This document shows, piece by piece, positions 43,931 to 60,294 of a stretch of 64,000 nt of DNA. The notes beneath the pieces were generated by a model. The model saw only the letters and a list, made by a program, of their open reading frames with translations, made no database searches and was not told the origin of the DNA. The stretch is from the human T2T-CHM13v2.0 reference genome, Homo sapiens: NCBI RefSeq assembly GCF_009914755.1, contig NC_060930.1; one strand, 5' to 3'. Made by a program: the position numbers and the translations under genes. Positions within the stretch are counted from its first letter, which is position 1, and each line of letters opens with the position of its first letter.

Positions 43931-44729
43931 TAAACCACCAAGCAAAAGGAATGAATCAATTTTTGAAATCAAGATGAAGGGCCTGGTATTTGGTTAGTAG
44001 GCCCTTCTCTTTGAGTTATTTTCTTAATACGTAGTTTACATTGAATTATCCACATTCTTTTGCTGAGACCCTATGCCAGACATTTCTGAGATGGCTGGCT
44101 AAGGTAAAAAGTTTATTGCCAAAGAGCTGTAGAAAATTAACCAAACCAAAAATCAAACCTAAAAATATGGCCTACTTTTAATATGCTCTAAAAACCACAA
44201 TAGAATCGAGCATAATTATTTGTTTTTTGAGTGGAAGGAAATTTCTTTAAAGGAAAAAGGATTCCTGCCCACAGAGTAAATTAGGCAGATAACTCAGACA
44301 CGAAAGGGACAGACAAAAAGTCAAATCCCTTTGCTGCTTCCTTGTTTCAAATTACATAACTTTCAAGGCAGAATTATCTTTGACAGAATCCTTAGAAGTA
44401 AGATTTTTAGATTTAAAAGATAGTGGTATAAAGGATAGCTGAGCATGTTAAAATGGGAATAAGACAGAAATTGTGTAGGTGTTAACATGAAAAAAAGGGG
44501 GAACTGCATAATATACCTAAGTAGAAAGAAAACCAAGATGACGTTGAGTCTAGGGGAGTGGAATGAAAAGTCTTAAAAAGATAGGAAGAGTCATCTGCAT
44601 GATTTGACAATTCAGGAGAGCCTGTGAATGGACTTCATAAAACAAGATCAGACTTGCATTACAGCAAATTACATGTGAAGAACTTCTACATGGGAGTTTA
44701 ATTGTGGGATTCAGATATTAAGGAGATTG

Positions 44730-45920
44730 GTCAATCTTCCTAAGAGATAGTCCTTCCACCCCACTCAAACCCCAAACTCTGTGCAAATTCAACTGTTTCT
44801 GGAAATTGTCTTCAGACTGCTGAAAAAAATCATACATGGTAAATTGGATCCACTATAAATTCATTGTCAGCAACCTTAACAATGGCTTCAATATTGTGAT
44901 AATTTCCTATTTCCTTGGAAAGTTCTCCCATTTTTCACAATGACTATTGTTAAGCCATCTCTACTTTTCTTAACATTGTTTACACTCCTCTTATTCCCCA
45001 ATCACCCTAAGCAGTGTTGTCATCTACTTCAAAGAAAAAATAAATCTCAATTTTTTGGCATCAGACCTTCAATTTAACTACTTATACCATCTTTTTCTCC
45101 TTCCTGCATAGTTTCCTTCCACAAATATAAAATTAATTCCTCCCTCCATCCATGGCAGTGATCCTCTCCCTGCCTAATGTCCCAAACTTTATCATCCATT
45201 CTCCCAAACCTGTTCCTCCTCTAATGTTCCACCCAACAGTAAGTCAGCCCTGGAAGTCATCCTTGACTCCTTCCTCTCCAATTACCAAACCTCATATATT
45301 CCACATCCTAAATATCTCTTAAATCTATCTCATTATTTCTCTCCTCTGCCACCATTATAACTATCATCTGTCCACCCATTCTAACAGCCTGAGTGGTCTC
45401 TTGACCTCCAAGCTGACTTCTCTCTAATCCATTAACCACTTTGTAGCCATCAGCTATCTTTCCAAAATGCTGCACTGGTAACTCACTTCTTCAGTTTTAT
45501 TGCCCATGGAATAAAATACAAACTCCTTACTATGTTTCCTAAGATCCTCTCATGATTTGCTCCTGCTTATCTTTCTAATGTATTTCCAGCTATTGCATTG
45601 CTTGTATGCTCTGCACCAAGCATTTGCTTACATTCACACGCATCTGTTTCCTTTGCCTGGGAGACTCCACACTCACTTCAACATTTATCTGTCTAGGTTG
45701 ATCTCAAACCTTCAGTGTCATTTCCTTTTAGAGGCCTTTCCTGACTTCCTAGACTAGGACTGTTCTCTTTCCTATGAGCTACTTGACAACATTCATTGTT
45801 CTTTGTTAATTTATCTGTATACTCAGAAAGTAGGGCTCTGTCTATTCACTGTTGTGGCCCCAATACCCAGCAGTCTCAAAACTCTGCAGGCATCAACAAA
45901 TGCTGCTGAATAAATGAAAA
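44730..45920 (+). mobile_element. L2 LINE fragment
   Basis: Pyrimidine-rich L2 body ending 'aacaaatgctgctgaataaatgaa'. Confidence 0.75.
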
Positions 45921-47508
45921 GAAATATAATAAATATATAATAAAAAGATTAAATAAACCATCAATAATAGGAGATGTGCTCCTTTATCTGGAATGGTATA
46001 AACAGTTCCTATAGATTTTCATTAAAATTAGAAGTATAACATTTCATGGTTTGCATAGGTAAGAATGAAATGGACGCTTTAAGTAATATTGGAAGCTGTT
46101 ACAATGGAAAACATACTGTGACTTAATGGCTTTTGTGTCTTTTATATTGTTTCCAGGCCAGAAAGGAAGATATGGAATTTTAATACTCCTGGAGACACTG
46201 GTGTCAGAAGAGTAGTATTGAAAAAGCTAGCTTAAAGGCAGGATAAATAAGAAATCTATCAAAAAGTCTTTGAGTATAACACATACATATACACAAGGAT
46301 TACATTTATACAGATACTATAAAATATTCAAAATCATTACCACTAAACAAATATACAAAAAGAAACTATAAATATCTTGCGAAAGATGACTTCAATACAT
46401 GCTCAGTTATGTTTTTTTTTTCTAAAGGAAAAACACAGCAGCTGGCCTTACAATAATGAGAAAAAGGTATTGATGACTAGCCTTCTAAAAAAAAGTGCCT
46501 GAAATGTTCATTCAAGGCTGGTATTCATTCTTTATTCAGAGCCTGGTTGTCAGGCTTGAAAAGCAACAGAGATTACTGATGCATTCTAGGGCCAAATCAT
46601 GGAGGACATAAATTTGCTCTTAGTACAGCAGTGAATAAAGGGAGGAAAAAACTTATTTGTATTCCAAGGGTCCTATGCATTCTGTTTGGCTTCAGTAAGA
46701 TTATTTTAATTAATTATAAGCTATATGGCACAACTTGGAAATACCATAATTTGATATTCCATTTCATTAGTTCAACATAGCAAAGCCATCCTTTAAATCC
46801 TGATACTGTATGATTAGTATCTTGCATTGGTTTATTTGTACTTTTTTCCTAAGTAGATATTACAGAAATAATGAATTCTAAAAGGAATTTTTGAACTATT
46901 TAGGAGCTTTAAATTTATTTTAGATTTGCTTCAGTTTGGAAAAGTGGTTTTAAAAAAAAGCTGGGGTCAAGATATATATAGTGGAGTGAAAATGAAAAAA
47001 TAAACAGCAGTGTTATGTTTGCTAAGGACAAACTTAAAGCTGTGTTTTGAAAGTAATTCATGAGAATTCCCATGAAATTAAAACACATGATCAATTTTGC
47101 TGTCTTAAGAAATGACTTCAGAAACACTAATAAGTTTCACATTTTGGTTAGAAGAATCATTCCCATACTTTTCATTTATTAAAATCACACATACAAAGTT
47201 TTGATGAAATCAGGATTAGTTTTAAATCAACTATGTTACTGAGATTAGTGGAGAAAGAAATTTTAAACAGGAGCAGTGCCTAGGAAGAAATAATTTTAAG
47301 AGGCCTAGTGGACCAAACAAAAAAGAATGTATTTCTGAACCTGTTTATGTGAAGAGATATTGTGAGCTGCGTATTTAAGACAACACCCTTGCTATTGGGC
47401 AAGAAATCTATTTGGCAAGCTCAAATAGGAAATAACTGTGATGCAAAATGGTATGAGTATCACTTGAAAAAAGCTTATAATAAAAGAATTACAGGAATTC
47501 AAAAGGAA

Positions 47509-47634
47509 CTTGAACCCAGGAGGCGGAGCCTGCAGTGAGCCAAGATCATGCCACTGCACTCCAGCCTGAGCGAGACTCTGACCTACTGTCACTCCAGCTC
47601 AGAGTGAGACTCTATCTAAAAAAAACAAAGAAGA
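47509..47634 (+). mobile_element. 5'-truncated Alu with a 13-bp TSD and internal rearrangement
   Basis: TSD aattcaaaaggaa at 47496-47508 and 47635-47647. Confidence 0.9.
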
Positions 47635-49004
47635 AATTCAAAAGGAATATGAGCTCCAGTTGTAATTAGAGAAGACTTCATGAAAATACAGATGTGAGAT
47701 GGTTGTTAAGGGGCAGAGCTTTCTAAAAGTGGAAATAGAGGAAGACGTTTCATGATTTATAGAACACAACCTAAATGAACATTATTATTATCTTTCAGTA
47801 AATATTTACAACATGAAAATGATTTGGAAGTCATCTCATCTGCCCAGATTGATTATAAGTCATGAAAAGCAGTGGTGATGGTTTAAAATGTCTTATAAAT
47901 CTGAAGCTTATGACTATCCTTCATTAGGAAATGATACAGAAAAACTCCCTTTCCTCCATAATGATTGCATTTTATCCCAAACACCACTGCTGCTAGGTTA
48001 TTTCCCTCTCCTCCTGTCTCATTCTCCTGGGAAGGAGAAGGAGGAGAAGGAGAAGGATCAGCATAACAAAGGCAACAGACTGAAAGCTTCGAGGAGGTAG
48101 AATAAACACAGAATATGTGAATTAAGGATTAAAAAGCATTCACTGGATTTGATAATATAGAGGTAAATGGGTGATGTCGACCAAAACAAGTGAAGCCAAT
48201 TGTTTCCCCCGTGGTATACAATGCATTTTTTTTTTTCTGATTCTATGCTTGTGCATGACCCTGATGAGTAGTAAATCAATTCAACAAGAAGGTTGAATTG
48301 TTACCCAGTAACTTTCATTCTTCTTAGGGTATGAAAATTGGCCACTGAATGTTCTGTTCCAAAATTCCCTAAGCAAGTTAAGCTAAATATCTGGATTAAA
48401 AGATTTATTTTGATTTTAAAATGGACACTACATATCTGGCTTATTTAGTCTGCAGGCACTTTTTCATCTTCCAAAAATATTCTGAAAAACAAAAAAAGTC
48501 TATCATAGGCTACTGAGCATATACACTGCAGGGCTTTACTGATTAACATGTCTACTTCTATTATTAAGAAATCTTCACCAATTTCCTTTTGTAACATCCT
48601 TAGCTGCTTCAAAACCAGTACTATTATGTTTTGGTTATCTGGCCCCAAATATATATATATATATTTGAGTTTTATAAAATATATATACTAGTTGCCTCCT
48701 TTTGACCATAAGAACACTTAGACTTTAAACTGTGACATATTTTCTTGAGTTACATTTGACAATATACATTATCATGAGGTTGGAAAGGAACCTCAAATGG
48801 CTCTCTAATCTCTTGTTCTTTCTAAGCTACCCAAAAGAGCAAATCAAATCTTTTATTAAAGCTATCAGAAAAATTTTTTTATGTCCAAACTGAATTGCCA
48901 CAATAGAACTTGGTTCATTATTCCTATTCTATAAAGATTACAGGTCATTAGTTATCTGCCTAAATAGCCTCCTCCAAATTATCAAGTTACTAAGTGACCT
49001 CACA

Positions 49005-49530
49005 TATCAACTATCTATTGCCACAATAATGCTGGCAGCTCAAAACTTAGGTGTAAGACAATAAGCATTTATTTTTGCTCACGAATTTTGAATCAGTGGA
49101 CTGGGCTGGGCTGGACTAGTCTAGGCGAACCTTGTCCAGGCTTGCTTATCTGTCTACCATCAGCAAGCGAGTTTGGGCTTGGCTGGTCTATGACGGTCTC
49201 ACGTGAGATACCTCTCCCCCATGAGGTTTCTGATCTTCAGCCAGGCTAGCTTGGGATTATTCTCATGGCAGAGACAGGTTTGAGAGAGGGAGGTAGGGAG
49301 ATGGAGGGAGAGAAAGCTAAAGCTTGCAAGGTTTCTTGAGACCCAGGCTTAGAACTGGCACAATGTCACTTTTGCTACATGCTATTATTAGCCAAAGCAA
49401 GTTTCAGGGACACCCAGATTCAAGGACATGGAACAGAACTCACCTCTCGATGGAAGAACTGGAAATTGTACTGCAAAAGGAGTAGATATAGGCAAGGCTG
49501 AAGACCACAGTCACTTTTACAATCAACTTA
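49005..49530 (-). mobile_element. MaLR LTR (MLT1-type)
   Basis: 'ctattgccacaataatgctg...caaaacttag...caataagcatttatt...ttctcatggcaga...agccaaagcaag...cccagattcaagg'. Confidence 0.7.
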
Positions 49531-49647
49531 CCCAAACTTCATGGAGTCGTTTCTTCAGATGAAGTAATCTGCTATTAATGGTGCTTCCCCTCCACCCCTA
49601 AATCTAAGCTGTGCAAACATTAACTCATTTTATCATTGCAAAATAGA

Positions 49648-49958
49648 ATTTTTCTTTTTCTTTTTTTTTTTTTTTCCAGACAGGGTCTCACTCTGCCCAG
49701 GCTGGAATGCAGTGGCATGATCTCAGCTCACTGCAGCCTCAACCTCCCCAGGCTCAAGTGATCCTCCCACCCCAGCCTCCCAAGTAGCTGGGACTAAAGG
49801 CACACCCCACCACGCCCGGCTAATTTTTGTATTTTTTTTGTAGAGACGGGGTTCTCGCCATGTTGCCTGGGCTGGTCTCAAACTCCCAGGCTCAAGTGAT
49901 CCACCAGCCTCAGCCTCCCAAAGTGTTAGGATTACAGGCATGAGCCACCATGCCTGGC
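49648..49958 (-). mobile_element. AluJ-like
   Basis: Full reverse dimer ~270 bp downstream of the WASF1 polyA signals. Confidence 0.92.
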
Positions 49959-50227
49959 TGCAAAACATAATTTCAAGAACACTGTTAAACTGAAATTAAG
50001 GTATGCTGAAATTAGATGACAAGTTGAGGTTTTAATTTAAAACCACAAGCAGTTGAGAAATACAGAGTTTATGAACTTAGGGGGAAAATGACATAAAAGC
50101 TACCTTACACAGTAGACAATATGAAGCTGTGCAATTAAGAGGAAATTATGTAGCCTAAGTGTTTTTCAAATTTTCATTCACTATTTAAAGCCTACCATAC
50201 AGTATTTGATAAATTATGATAAATCAT

Positions 50228-50275
50228 TTTATTCAAAGAGCAACACTGATGAACTTTTAAAATGAACCATTTATT
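50228..50275 (-). terminator. Distal polyadenylation signals (AATAAA at 50275-50270 and 50233-50228)
   Basis: tttatt on the + strand twice, ~680-720 nt after the stop codon. Confidence 0.8.
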
Positions 50276-50954
50276 AAATCAGACTGTTATTCTTAACAGT
50301 TATGTAAGTTACATGTATGTTTAAGTCAGAGTATTTCACATGGAAAAGTTTTTAACTCCTATAGGCAAGCAAAATCATATCACACAATATATAAGTGGGA
50401 AGGGGATACTGCTAAACATTCAAATAAGGCAAGTATATAAAAACAATAAAACAATAATGAAAAAATTCAAGCATTCCTTTAAGAGAATTCAACACTACAA
50501 GCTAAATGTACTTTCTGAGTGTATTCGTATAATCAAGGCAGTGTTTCTTCTTTTAAAACATCAGGAAATGGAATAAGGCTCATTAGTAGATACAGCTGCC
50601 CTCAAGATTTCAATTTCAGTTGCTTTCTTTAAATTAAAATTCACAAAGTACACAATTAAGATATATCAAAAAACTGAATCTGCTACTCTAACAACAGCTG
50701 TCCATGCTTAATACTTAGTGGTTTATTTGACCAAATTAGTCTTTTCAGGGGGAAAAAAAAGATAAGCCACTGTAAAACATTTAGTTTGAAATGTATGCTA
50801 ATATTTTCCTTAGAAATCAAAAGTTATGGAGGAAAAGGGTCATTTATTATAAGGAAAAGAAAGCAAAACACTAGAATGACCAAACATTTTCAAGGAACAA
50901 GCACCACAAAGGACATTTGCATTCAGTTTTGTAATATTTATCAATGCATTTTTC
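50228..50954 (-). other. WASF1: WASF1 3' UTR
   Basis: AT-rich, repeat-free sequence following the stop codon and ending near the AATAAA signals; exact cleavage site not determinable here. Confidence 0.85.
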
Positions 50955-51152
<198 letters not shown>

Positions 51153-51967
51153 CTAGATACTAGATATTATTAATATTTCTGGAATAAAATCAAATACACA
51201 TGAGAAATACTTATAGGAAAATAAAAAGATCAGAAAAGAATGTGAAGAAATCATACTGAGAGAGGCATTAAATCTTTATGTTATCTGTGTTATTAGTTGG
51301 TAAAACTTACCAGATATCCCAGTAGGTATCTACAGTTTATTTATCCATCATGGTCTACTATACCTCCCTGCTCACCACCCCCTAAAAAATTAATGAGGTG
51401 GTACATTTCTTCTATCACCTCAATGGTCAAATAAATTAAACATTGTTGAATATATTTTCTGTGGCTTCATTATCCATTGTATTTGAGGGAAAGGCACTAT
51501 TATTCATTCTATATGCTCAGTGCCTGGCCTATAGTCATTGCTTAGGAAATAATGACAATAAATGAATGAATATGAGAAGTCTTTCCTTTGTTACTAAGGG
51601 AGGAAACTCACTCCTCTAAAGGCATCTGGTAGAGCAAGTGTCATGGATACCCAAAATGAACAGCCTTAACATTGAAGAAAATACCATTTTTAAAGGAGTT
51701 AATATACACATTAAGCATAATATAAAGGGTTTTAATTAAATGTTCTATAACATTTAAGTCTGATATATTAAATTTCTCATTCACTCAATAAACATTTTAA
51801 GGATACCTACAAAGCATGAAAATAAAATGGTCAAATGTGATATATTTTCTGGAAAATAATTTTAAATATAAGTTGGATATAGCTTTACTTTCTAAAGGCC
51901 ATTTGTACACAAACATGATCACCTAAAATTTTATAGATAAGGAACACATTTTTGTCTTAAATATTTA

Positions 51968-52720
<753 letters not shown>

Positions 52721-53559
52721 CTATAAATGACTATCAGTAATTATATCAAAATGGATCCAATAACATGCTCCTATAGAAATTTAACATCTTCAACAGTATT
52801 TAGAAAAAAAAAAAGAACTAAAAGCACATCAATAAAAAAATTAATGAGTGGTGCTTTGGTTTGTAATAGTCTAAATAGTCTCATTCTCTCATGCAACTTT
52901 GGCATCCACTCAGATATTTTATGCTTACTTTAATAAATAAAATGCTCAATTCTATACTGACAGGAGTCTCTATAATGACTCAACATTGATCATAATGCAA
53001 TTTTGTGGCAATACATGTGGCCAATACAATGCTATATTTATACTGAAACTATGAAGTCTCATCATATGCTATTTCAGTTAAATCAATGACAGCTAATTAC
53101 AAACCACAAAAAGAAATTTACAGCTCTCTCTTTTCCTGAGGATGGAACACCAAATGAGTCAGTGATAGAAAATTGGATTTTTAACTGAAAATTGTAAAGC
53201 TGATCTCTATATCTCTATTAGAAAATTTCCCTAATATTTCTCTATTAGAAATTTATCATTTGGATAATAACTGACAAGATTAAACTTCAAAATAGCTTTA
53301 CTGAAAGATTATTATAAGCAACTGCCAATCCTCTCTGAAATTCTTTAAGTATTTTCCTTAATACCAAATTAGTATTAATAATCACATCTTTGGTTCCCAT
53401 TTCTTAGACTGTTACCCACATTCCAAAAAATCCTTAATTTTTCTTAATACACTGCACATGATATGCTTGATAACAACACTATAATAAAATGAAACAGGCT
53501 TTAATCTTTAAATTCTTATTAGCTAAATTTTCCTAGGAGAGTGTGTCAGCTCTAACCAG

Positions 53560-53778
53560 AAGATTACAAACAATGTCCCACAGACCAAATCTGACCTGCT
53601 CCCTGTTTTTATAAATAGAGTTTATTTCAACACAGACACATTCATTTGTTTATGTATATTCTATGGTGGCTTTCATGCAACAATGGCAGAATTGAGTACT
53701 TGTGACAAAAACTGTAAGGCCCGAAAGCCAAAAATACTTACTATATCGTCCTTGAAAGAAAAAGCTTACTGACTCCTA
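53560..53778 (+). mobile_element. MER58A (hAT-Charlie)
   Basis: 'ccaaatctgacctgc...cctgtttttataaata...catgcaacaatggcagaattgagta...aaatacttactat' match the recalled MER58A consensus. Confidence 0.8.
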
Positions 53779-53791
53779 AGATAAAACATCA

Positions 53792-54028
<237 letters not shown>

Positions 54029-54923
54029 TTATTGGGAGGAAAGGGTTCTACATGAGATATTAAATATTTAAAGTTTATCCTTTCAATGCCAATATTTTAA
54101 CTATTTTTAAGAAACTTTCAGAAATGTATTATATTAATCCTGCTTTTAAAACAAAGAATGCTGCTCACAATATAACCCTTACTTGTTGATTTAGAGATCT
54201 ACTATGATGACCATCGGTTATTTTATTATTTTATAACAGAATACTAATTCAACTCACAGGATGAAAAGCATTACGTACGTAATTTAATAAACAAGAAAAT
54301 AATTAACTTTTAGCAAATTGTGTGGAAAGCTATCTGCCTCTATTTAGTTCTTTACAAGAAGATGCCAATGACAGAAAGGTAGAATAGGAAAATGAGTTTT
54401 CTACTACTAGTATATCTCGGTGTGCTCTTAAACTTAAATGACTTCTAAAAGTCTTGCACCAGAGAGAAAGGCCTCCCAGATACTAGCAGCACAGAGGTGG
54501 CTAGCTATATTGTTTCTGTCCTTCTGCTGTTTTCAAAGGTGCAAGGGTACTCAGAAAATAGCTGAGTAACATAGCAACATGTGACTTAGATGTAAGCAAA
54601 ATTTTAGATAACTCGAACATGTTAAGATTTATAAATATTTGCTAGTACATTCTTGGGAAAAAGTTGGATTTAACAGATGTGCACACAGCAAGTCAGAAAT
54701 TATTGTATTTAGTGAGTCAGATAAGTACCTTAATTACTCAACTGTAGTAGAAATAAATGTCTAAAGTTTATTAATTTTTTAATGTCAATTCTTTCAGTAA
54801 TACAGATAAATAGTATCTCTCAGATGTATATTTCTCCTAAAATAGGTCAAGATGTTGCACACTTATGGCCCAATCATTTATATGTATATTACTTAAAAGA
54901 AAACCTTAAGCTCTTTTCCATTA

Positions 54924-55305
<382 letters not shown>

Positions 55306-55814
55306 TTATTTAGTTAGGGCCCCTGGCCACTAAGAAAGGAAAAAATCTTTTCTACAAAAGGGATCAATACTTTTGTTTGAAAGTCCTAATATATCTGAGG
55401 TGGGCAATGTGGCAAAGAAAGGAAGTCAGGGGAAAGTAAAAGGAACAAAACAGAACCCCTTCTTCACTCCTATTTTATATGCAATAAATCAACAGTATTT
55501 CAAAAAAACCCCAGACCCTAAACTTTTATTACAAAATTCTAGCAGACTGTGCCTGAAATATCGAGAGGCTATTGAGACGTCACACTAAAGCTAAAACCCT
55601 AAAGATCAGCCACTCCAACCACTTCTTTCTAAGATGACAAAACTAAGGTCCAGGTATGAAAATGACCTGCTCAAGGCCTGACTTTAGTAGGCTCACAGTG
55701 GTCAGGATTTTGAAATAATCTCTATATTTATAACAGGGTCTGCCTGTTCAACAGTTTAGGACTCAAGACTTAGAAGTACAGATACTACAAATAAAGCCAA
55801 TGTTTTATCATTTA

Positions 55815-56012
<198 letters not shown>

Positions 56013-56574
56013 CTATAACAGATGTATTGAAACAAAGTCAAATGCTTAAGCGCTAATTTTTAAAAAGGAGGTTATAACAATCAAATTAAACTCTAACATC
56101 AACACTGAAAAAGACAATGTCATCATAATATAGTAAAAGTAACACAGAAATGGTTTACTTGTACATTCAGTTAAATCTTAGCCAGTCTGCTGTAATCCCA
56201 GTTTCCTGCCATGTTTTGTTTAACCCCTAATTTGAACTGATGCACCAGACACAAAACAGTATGCCTAAAGAATACAATTTGAGGTCAGAAAGTCTTTCAG
56301 ATGAAAAAAGACTCATGAACCCTTGCTCCACAGGCATTAGTTTGAAATTTCTACGATGAATGGCATTGTCTGCCCCTAATCAAAACGTAACAATTTACTA
56401 AGGTTATGTTATCTGGGAAGTAACTGATTAGCTAGCCAACACATTAGAAAAAAATCCAATTATCTAATTAACCGATAATAACTATATCACTCAACAGAAA
56501 ACATTGTCTTTAAACAATAAAACAAAAAGTGATTCAAAACTGGGGGAGAAAGTACAGAAAGGGCTAGAGTAAGT

Positions 56575-56775
56575 GTAACAAATTCAAACGCCCAAAGCGG
56601 CCAAGCGGATAACATACATGAATGAAGCCAGTCGGGTGTAAGATGGGGCATGAGGTGAGCTAGACAGACATGTCCATCTCAGGCACTCTAGTTCCAAAAT
56701 TTAAAAACCTCTGTGTTTGGCAAACAAAACACTCCCTACAGGCATAATCTGGCTTGCCAGTCACCAATTTGCAAA
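56575..56775 (+). mobile_element. hAT-Charlie fragment (Charlie18a-like)
   Basis: 'aattcaaacgcc...tgaagccagtcgggtgtaaga' and 'caaacaaaacac...aatttgcaa' resemble the recalled consensus ends. Confidence 0.5.
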
Positions 56776-57437
56776 TGTTAGCTAGAACACTGGGTTACCA
56801 TCTAGCAAAGAAGACAATACAATGGCATTATACAGGGATTAGGGAAAGCAGAGATAGCTACAGGAGAACCAGAGAGATGATAAAGACAGAATTTGCCTCC
56901 TTCATAATTCAACCTAAATCTAACTTTGCTTCATCCTTCTGTGTTTTCAGTTATCATTAACATGAAATATAAAGCAGATACAAGTGAATTTTATTAGAAA
57001 GTGGAAAATGACAATAACAGAAATTTCATGTGAATATAATAACCTCTCCAAAACATTTAGGAGAGAAATGTTTAGGATGTGCTCTGTAGCAACAAAATAC
57101 TAGCTTAATCTACGTTACCAATATCTGTACAAGATTCCATTGCTCCTTACCAAAATGTTCCTCTCTTCCTTGGTACACCTAACTCCTATCTGTTCTTCAA
57201 GATTCATTATAAGCTTTGTGGGAAGGGTTTACCCTGCCTGCTAGCTAAAGCAGATGCTATTTTGTGTTATCTAAACCCTTTATGCATACCTCTGCTATGG
57301 CACTTATTATGCCCTACTCTAATAATCTAATTGCTCATCTGCTCCCCATCAGACTGTGTTCTTTCTGTGGAGTTATAAAGACTTCAGTATTTAACTATAT
57401 GGACCCAATAAAATAAAACTGTCAAAATACAAGATTA

Positions 57438-57668
<231 letters not shown>

Positions 57669-58317
57669 TTAGGCAATCAGAATAGAAATAATTTCACTAA
57701 AATGTTTATCCTCTTACATTAATAAAATACAGCATGTTAAAATAGTGCCAAAATAAAACTGAATATTGCACCAATAGAAAATTTCTCACAAATATGAGGA
57801 AACAAAGAAAAGTGGTAAAGCAGATGCTTTTCCAAGTTAGTACTAACAATTTAAAGTATAGCTGGGCAATTTTCATCCCTAATTTCTGCTGAATCCCAAA
57901 TTTTCTAAAAAGTCCTTTGGGCAATTCCAATAATTACAAATAGCTCTGCCAAAGATAAAAGCCTGAAAAGACAGTAACATCATCTAGAAGACAGAAATTT
58001 TGCAGTTTCTGCCAATACTATGATTTATTTATTATCTTACTAAATCCAAAAGATATCATGTAATAGTCATTCTAACAGTCACATTTATATCTAATTATCT
58101 GCACACTGACTTACAATTTCAAATAACTCTCTGAATACTATTTTATTCAGGTTGTGTTGTACATTACCCATTTAACAAACCATGTGAAAGAACTTCAAAG
58201 AAAGGCTAAATAATTCCAGATTTTATTCTAAGTGGTAAAAAGCATTTTATAAAGGTACTACCTATTCATTATGTAAGAAGTTAATGTATACAAATCAAAT
58301 CAAGAGTAGACGAAACA

Positions 58318-58596
58318 GGCCGGGCGCAGTGGCTCACGCCTGTAATCCCAGCACTTTGAGAGGCCAAGGCGGGTGGATCACGAGGTCAGATCGAGACCAT
58401 CCTGGCTAATACAGTGAAACCCCATCTCTACTAAAAATATAAAAATTTAGCCGGGCTTGGTGGCAGGCGCCTGTAGTCCCAGCTACTCGGTAGGCTGAGG
58501 CAGGAAAATGACATGAACCTGGGAGGCAGAGCTTGCAGTAAGCCTAGGTGACAAAGTGAGACTCCGCCTCAAAAAAAAAAAAAAAAAAAAAAAAAA
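58318..58596 (+). mobile_element. AluY-like with a 16-bp TSD and an internal deletion
   Basis: 'ggatcacgaggtca', 'accatcctggctaa'; TSD aagagtagac(g/a)aaaca; long A tail. Confidence 0.93.
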
Positions 58597-58961
58597 GAGT
58601 AGACAAAACAAGCAAAAATTATGTTTATTTTGTTAGTAGGACAGAATTTTGAGCTTTTTCCATTTGATTAAAAATTAAATTAAAAGGACAATAATAACTC
58701 CTTATCTCTTTACATTAATAAGTTTACCAGTGGCTTTTCTAAACTTGTAAAAACAACTCTTTTAAATAGGTCTTGTCTTTTGTATGCCACAATCTTAAGA
58801 ATTCATCCAATGAATAAAAGCAAAGGTTTTCCAAAGGTGGTGGACAGAGAGGGCTCTCTGTGTTGGCTAGAACCCCAATGAAATAAAGAATGTTTGGGGA
58901 TTTAGCATTTCAATCTGAAGTCTGAGATAAATAATAGGGCTACTATTTATTAACCTACCTA

Positions 58962-59141
<180 letters not shown>

Positions 59142-59953
59142 TTATTTTATTTTACTAAGATGATTTAACATAAGGGCAAATTCACATACTTTATTTGTCT
59201 AAAAGTCAGCATGGCTCAAGAGGTTGTGACCTTAGTGGCTTATGAATCAGAAACCATATTTTAAATGTTCTATCATTATATTTACCCATATCATTCTGCG
59301 CCTAATTTTCCCAATCAGATAGGTTTTAATTAACCTTTGATTTTGAAGGCTCAGAGGGCCCTAATGACACCTGAAACATATCTACATTTCAACCAAATAT
59401 ACCTTTTTCTTTCTTCTACCTGCCATCATGGGCCCCCACCAACTTAGGTTCTCTTCTCCTATAATCTTCTTTTCCATCTCCCTTTATTCCTTTTTTTAGC
59501 TTACACCAGTAACTCTGAAAGGAATTACTTATTAGTGGCACTGTGGGCTAAACACGCTGTTAACCTCTATGCTACATATACTATAAATATTGTATGTGTA
59601 CTCTCAAGTTAAAACAAACTTTACTGTAAAGGAAATACTTTTAAGTATTAGGTGATCTATATTATTCTCTTTTTCACTTATCTTTTATCTGTACTATAAG
59701 GATTTCTACCTAACTATAAGCTCTTGAAGACTCAGACTATCTTGTACATTAGTATTCCCAGTCACTAGCACAGCCCCATCACATACATGATTTAAAAACA
59801 ACTTCATTTATTTTGAACTGTGCAGCATGTTAAAATAAAAAACATACAAAAATGCTGCATTCTTAATTCTTACACTGATATCCCGATATTAAAAAATAAG
59901 GTAATTTCTTGATATTTAATATGGCCTTAAGTATACAGACAAATGCCCTATAA

Positions 59954-60294
<341 letters not shown>

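Noticed and set aside
48195-48343. Hammerhead-ribozyme-like arrangement on the + strand: CTGATGAG (48261-48268), perfect 9-bp hairpin (48277-48300), GAAA (48333-48336) and a potential stem III (gccaatt/aattggc)
   Set aside because: The cleavage position would be UG (violates the NUH rule), stem I cannot form and stem II closes with only ~3 bp. Probably chance; an Infernal search with Rfam hammerhead models would settle it.
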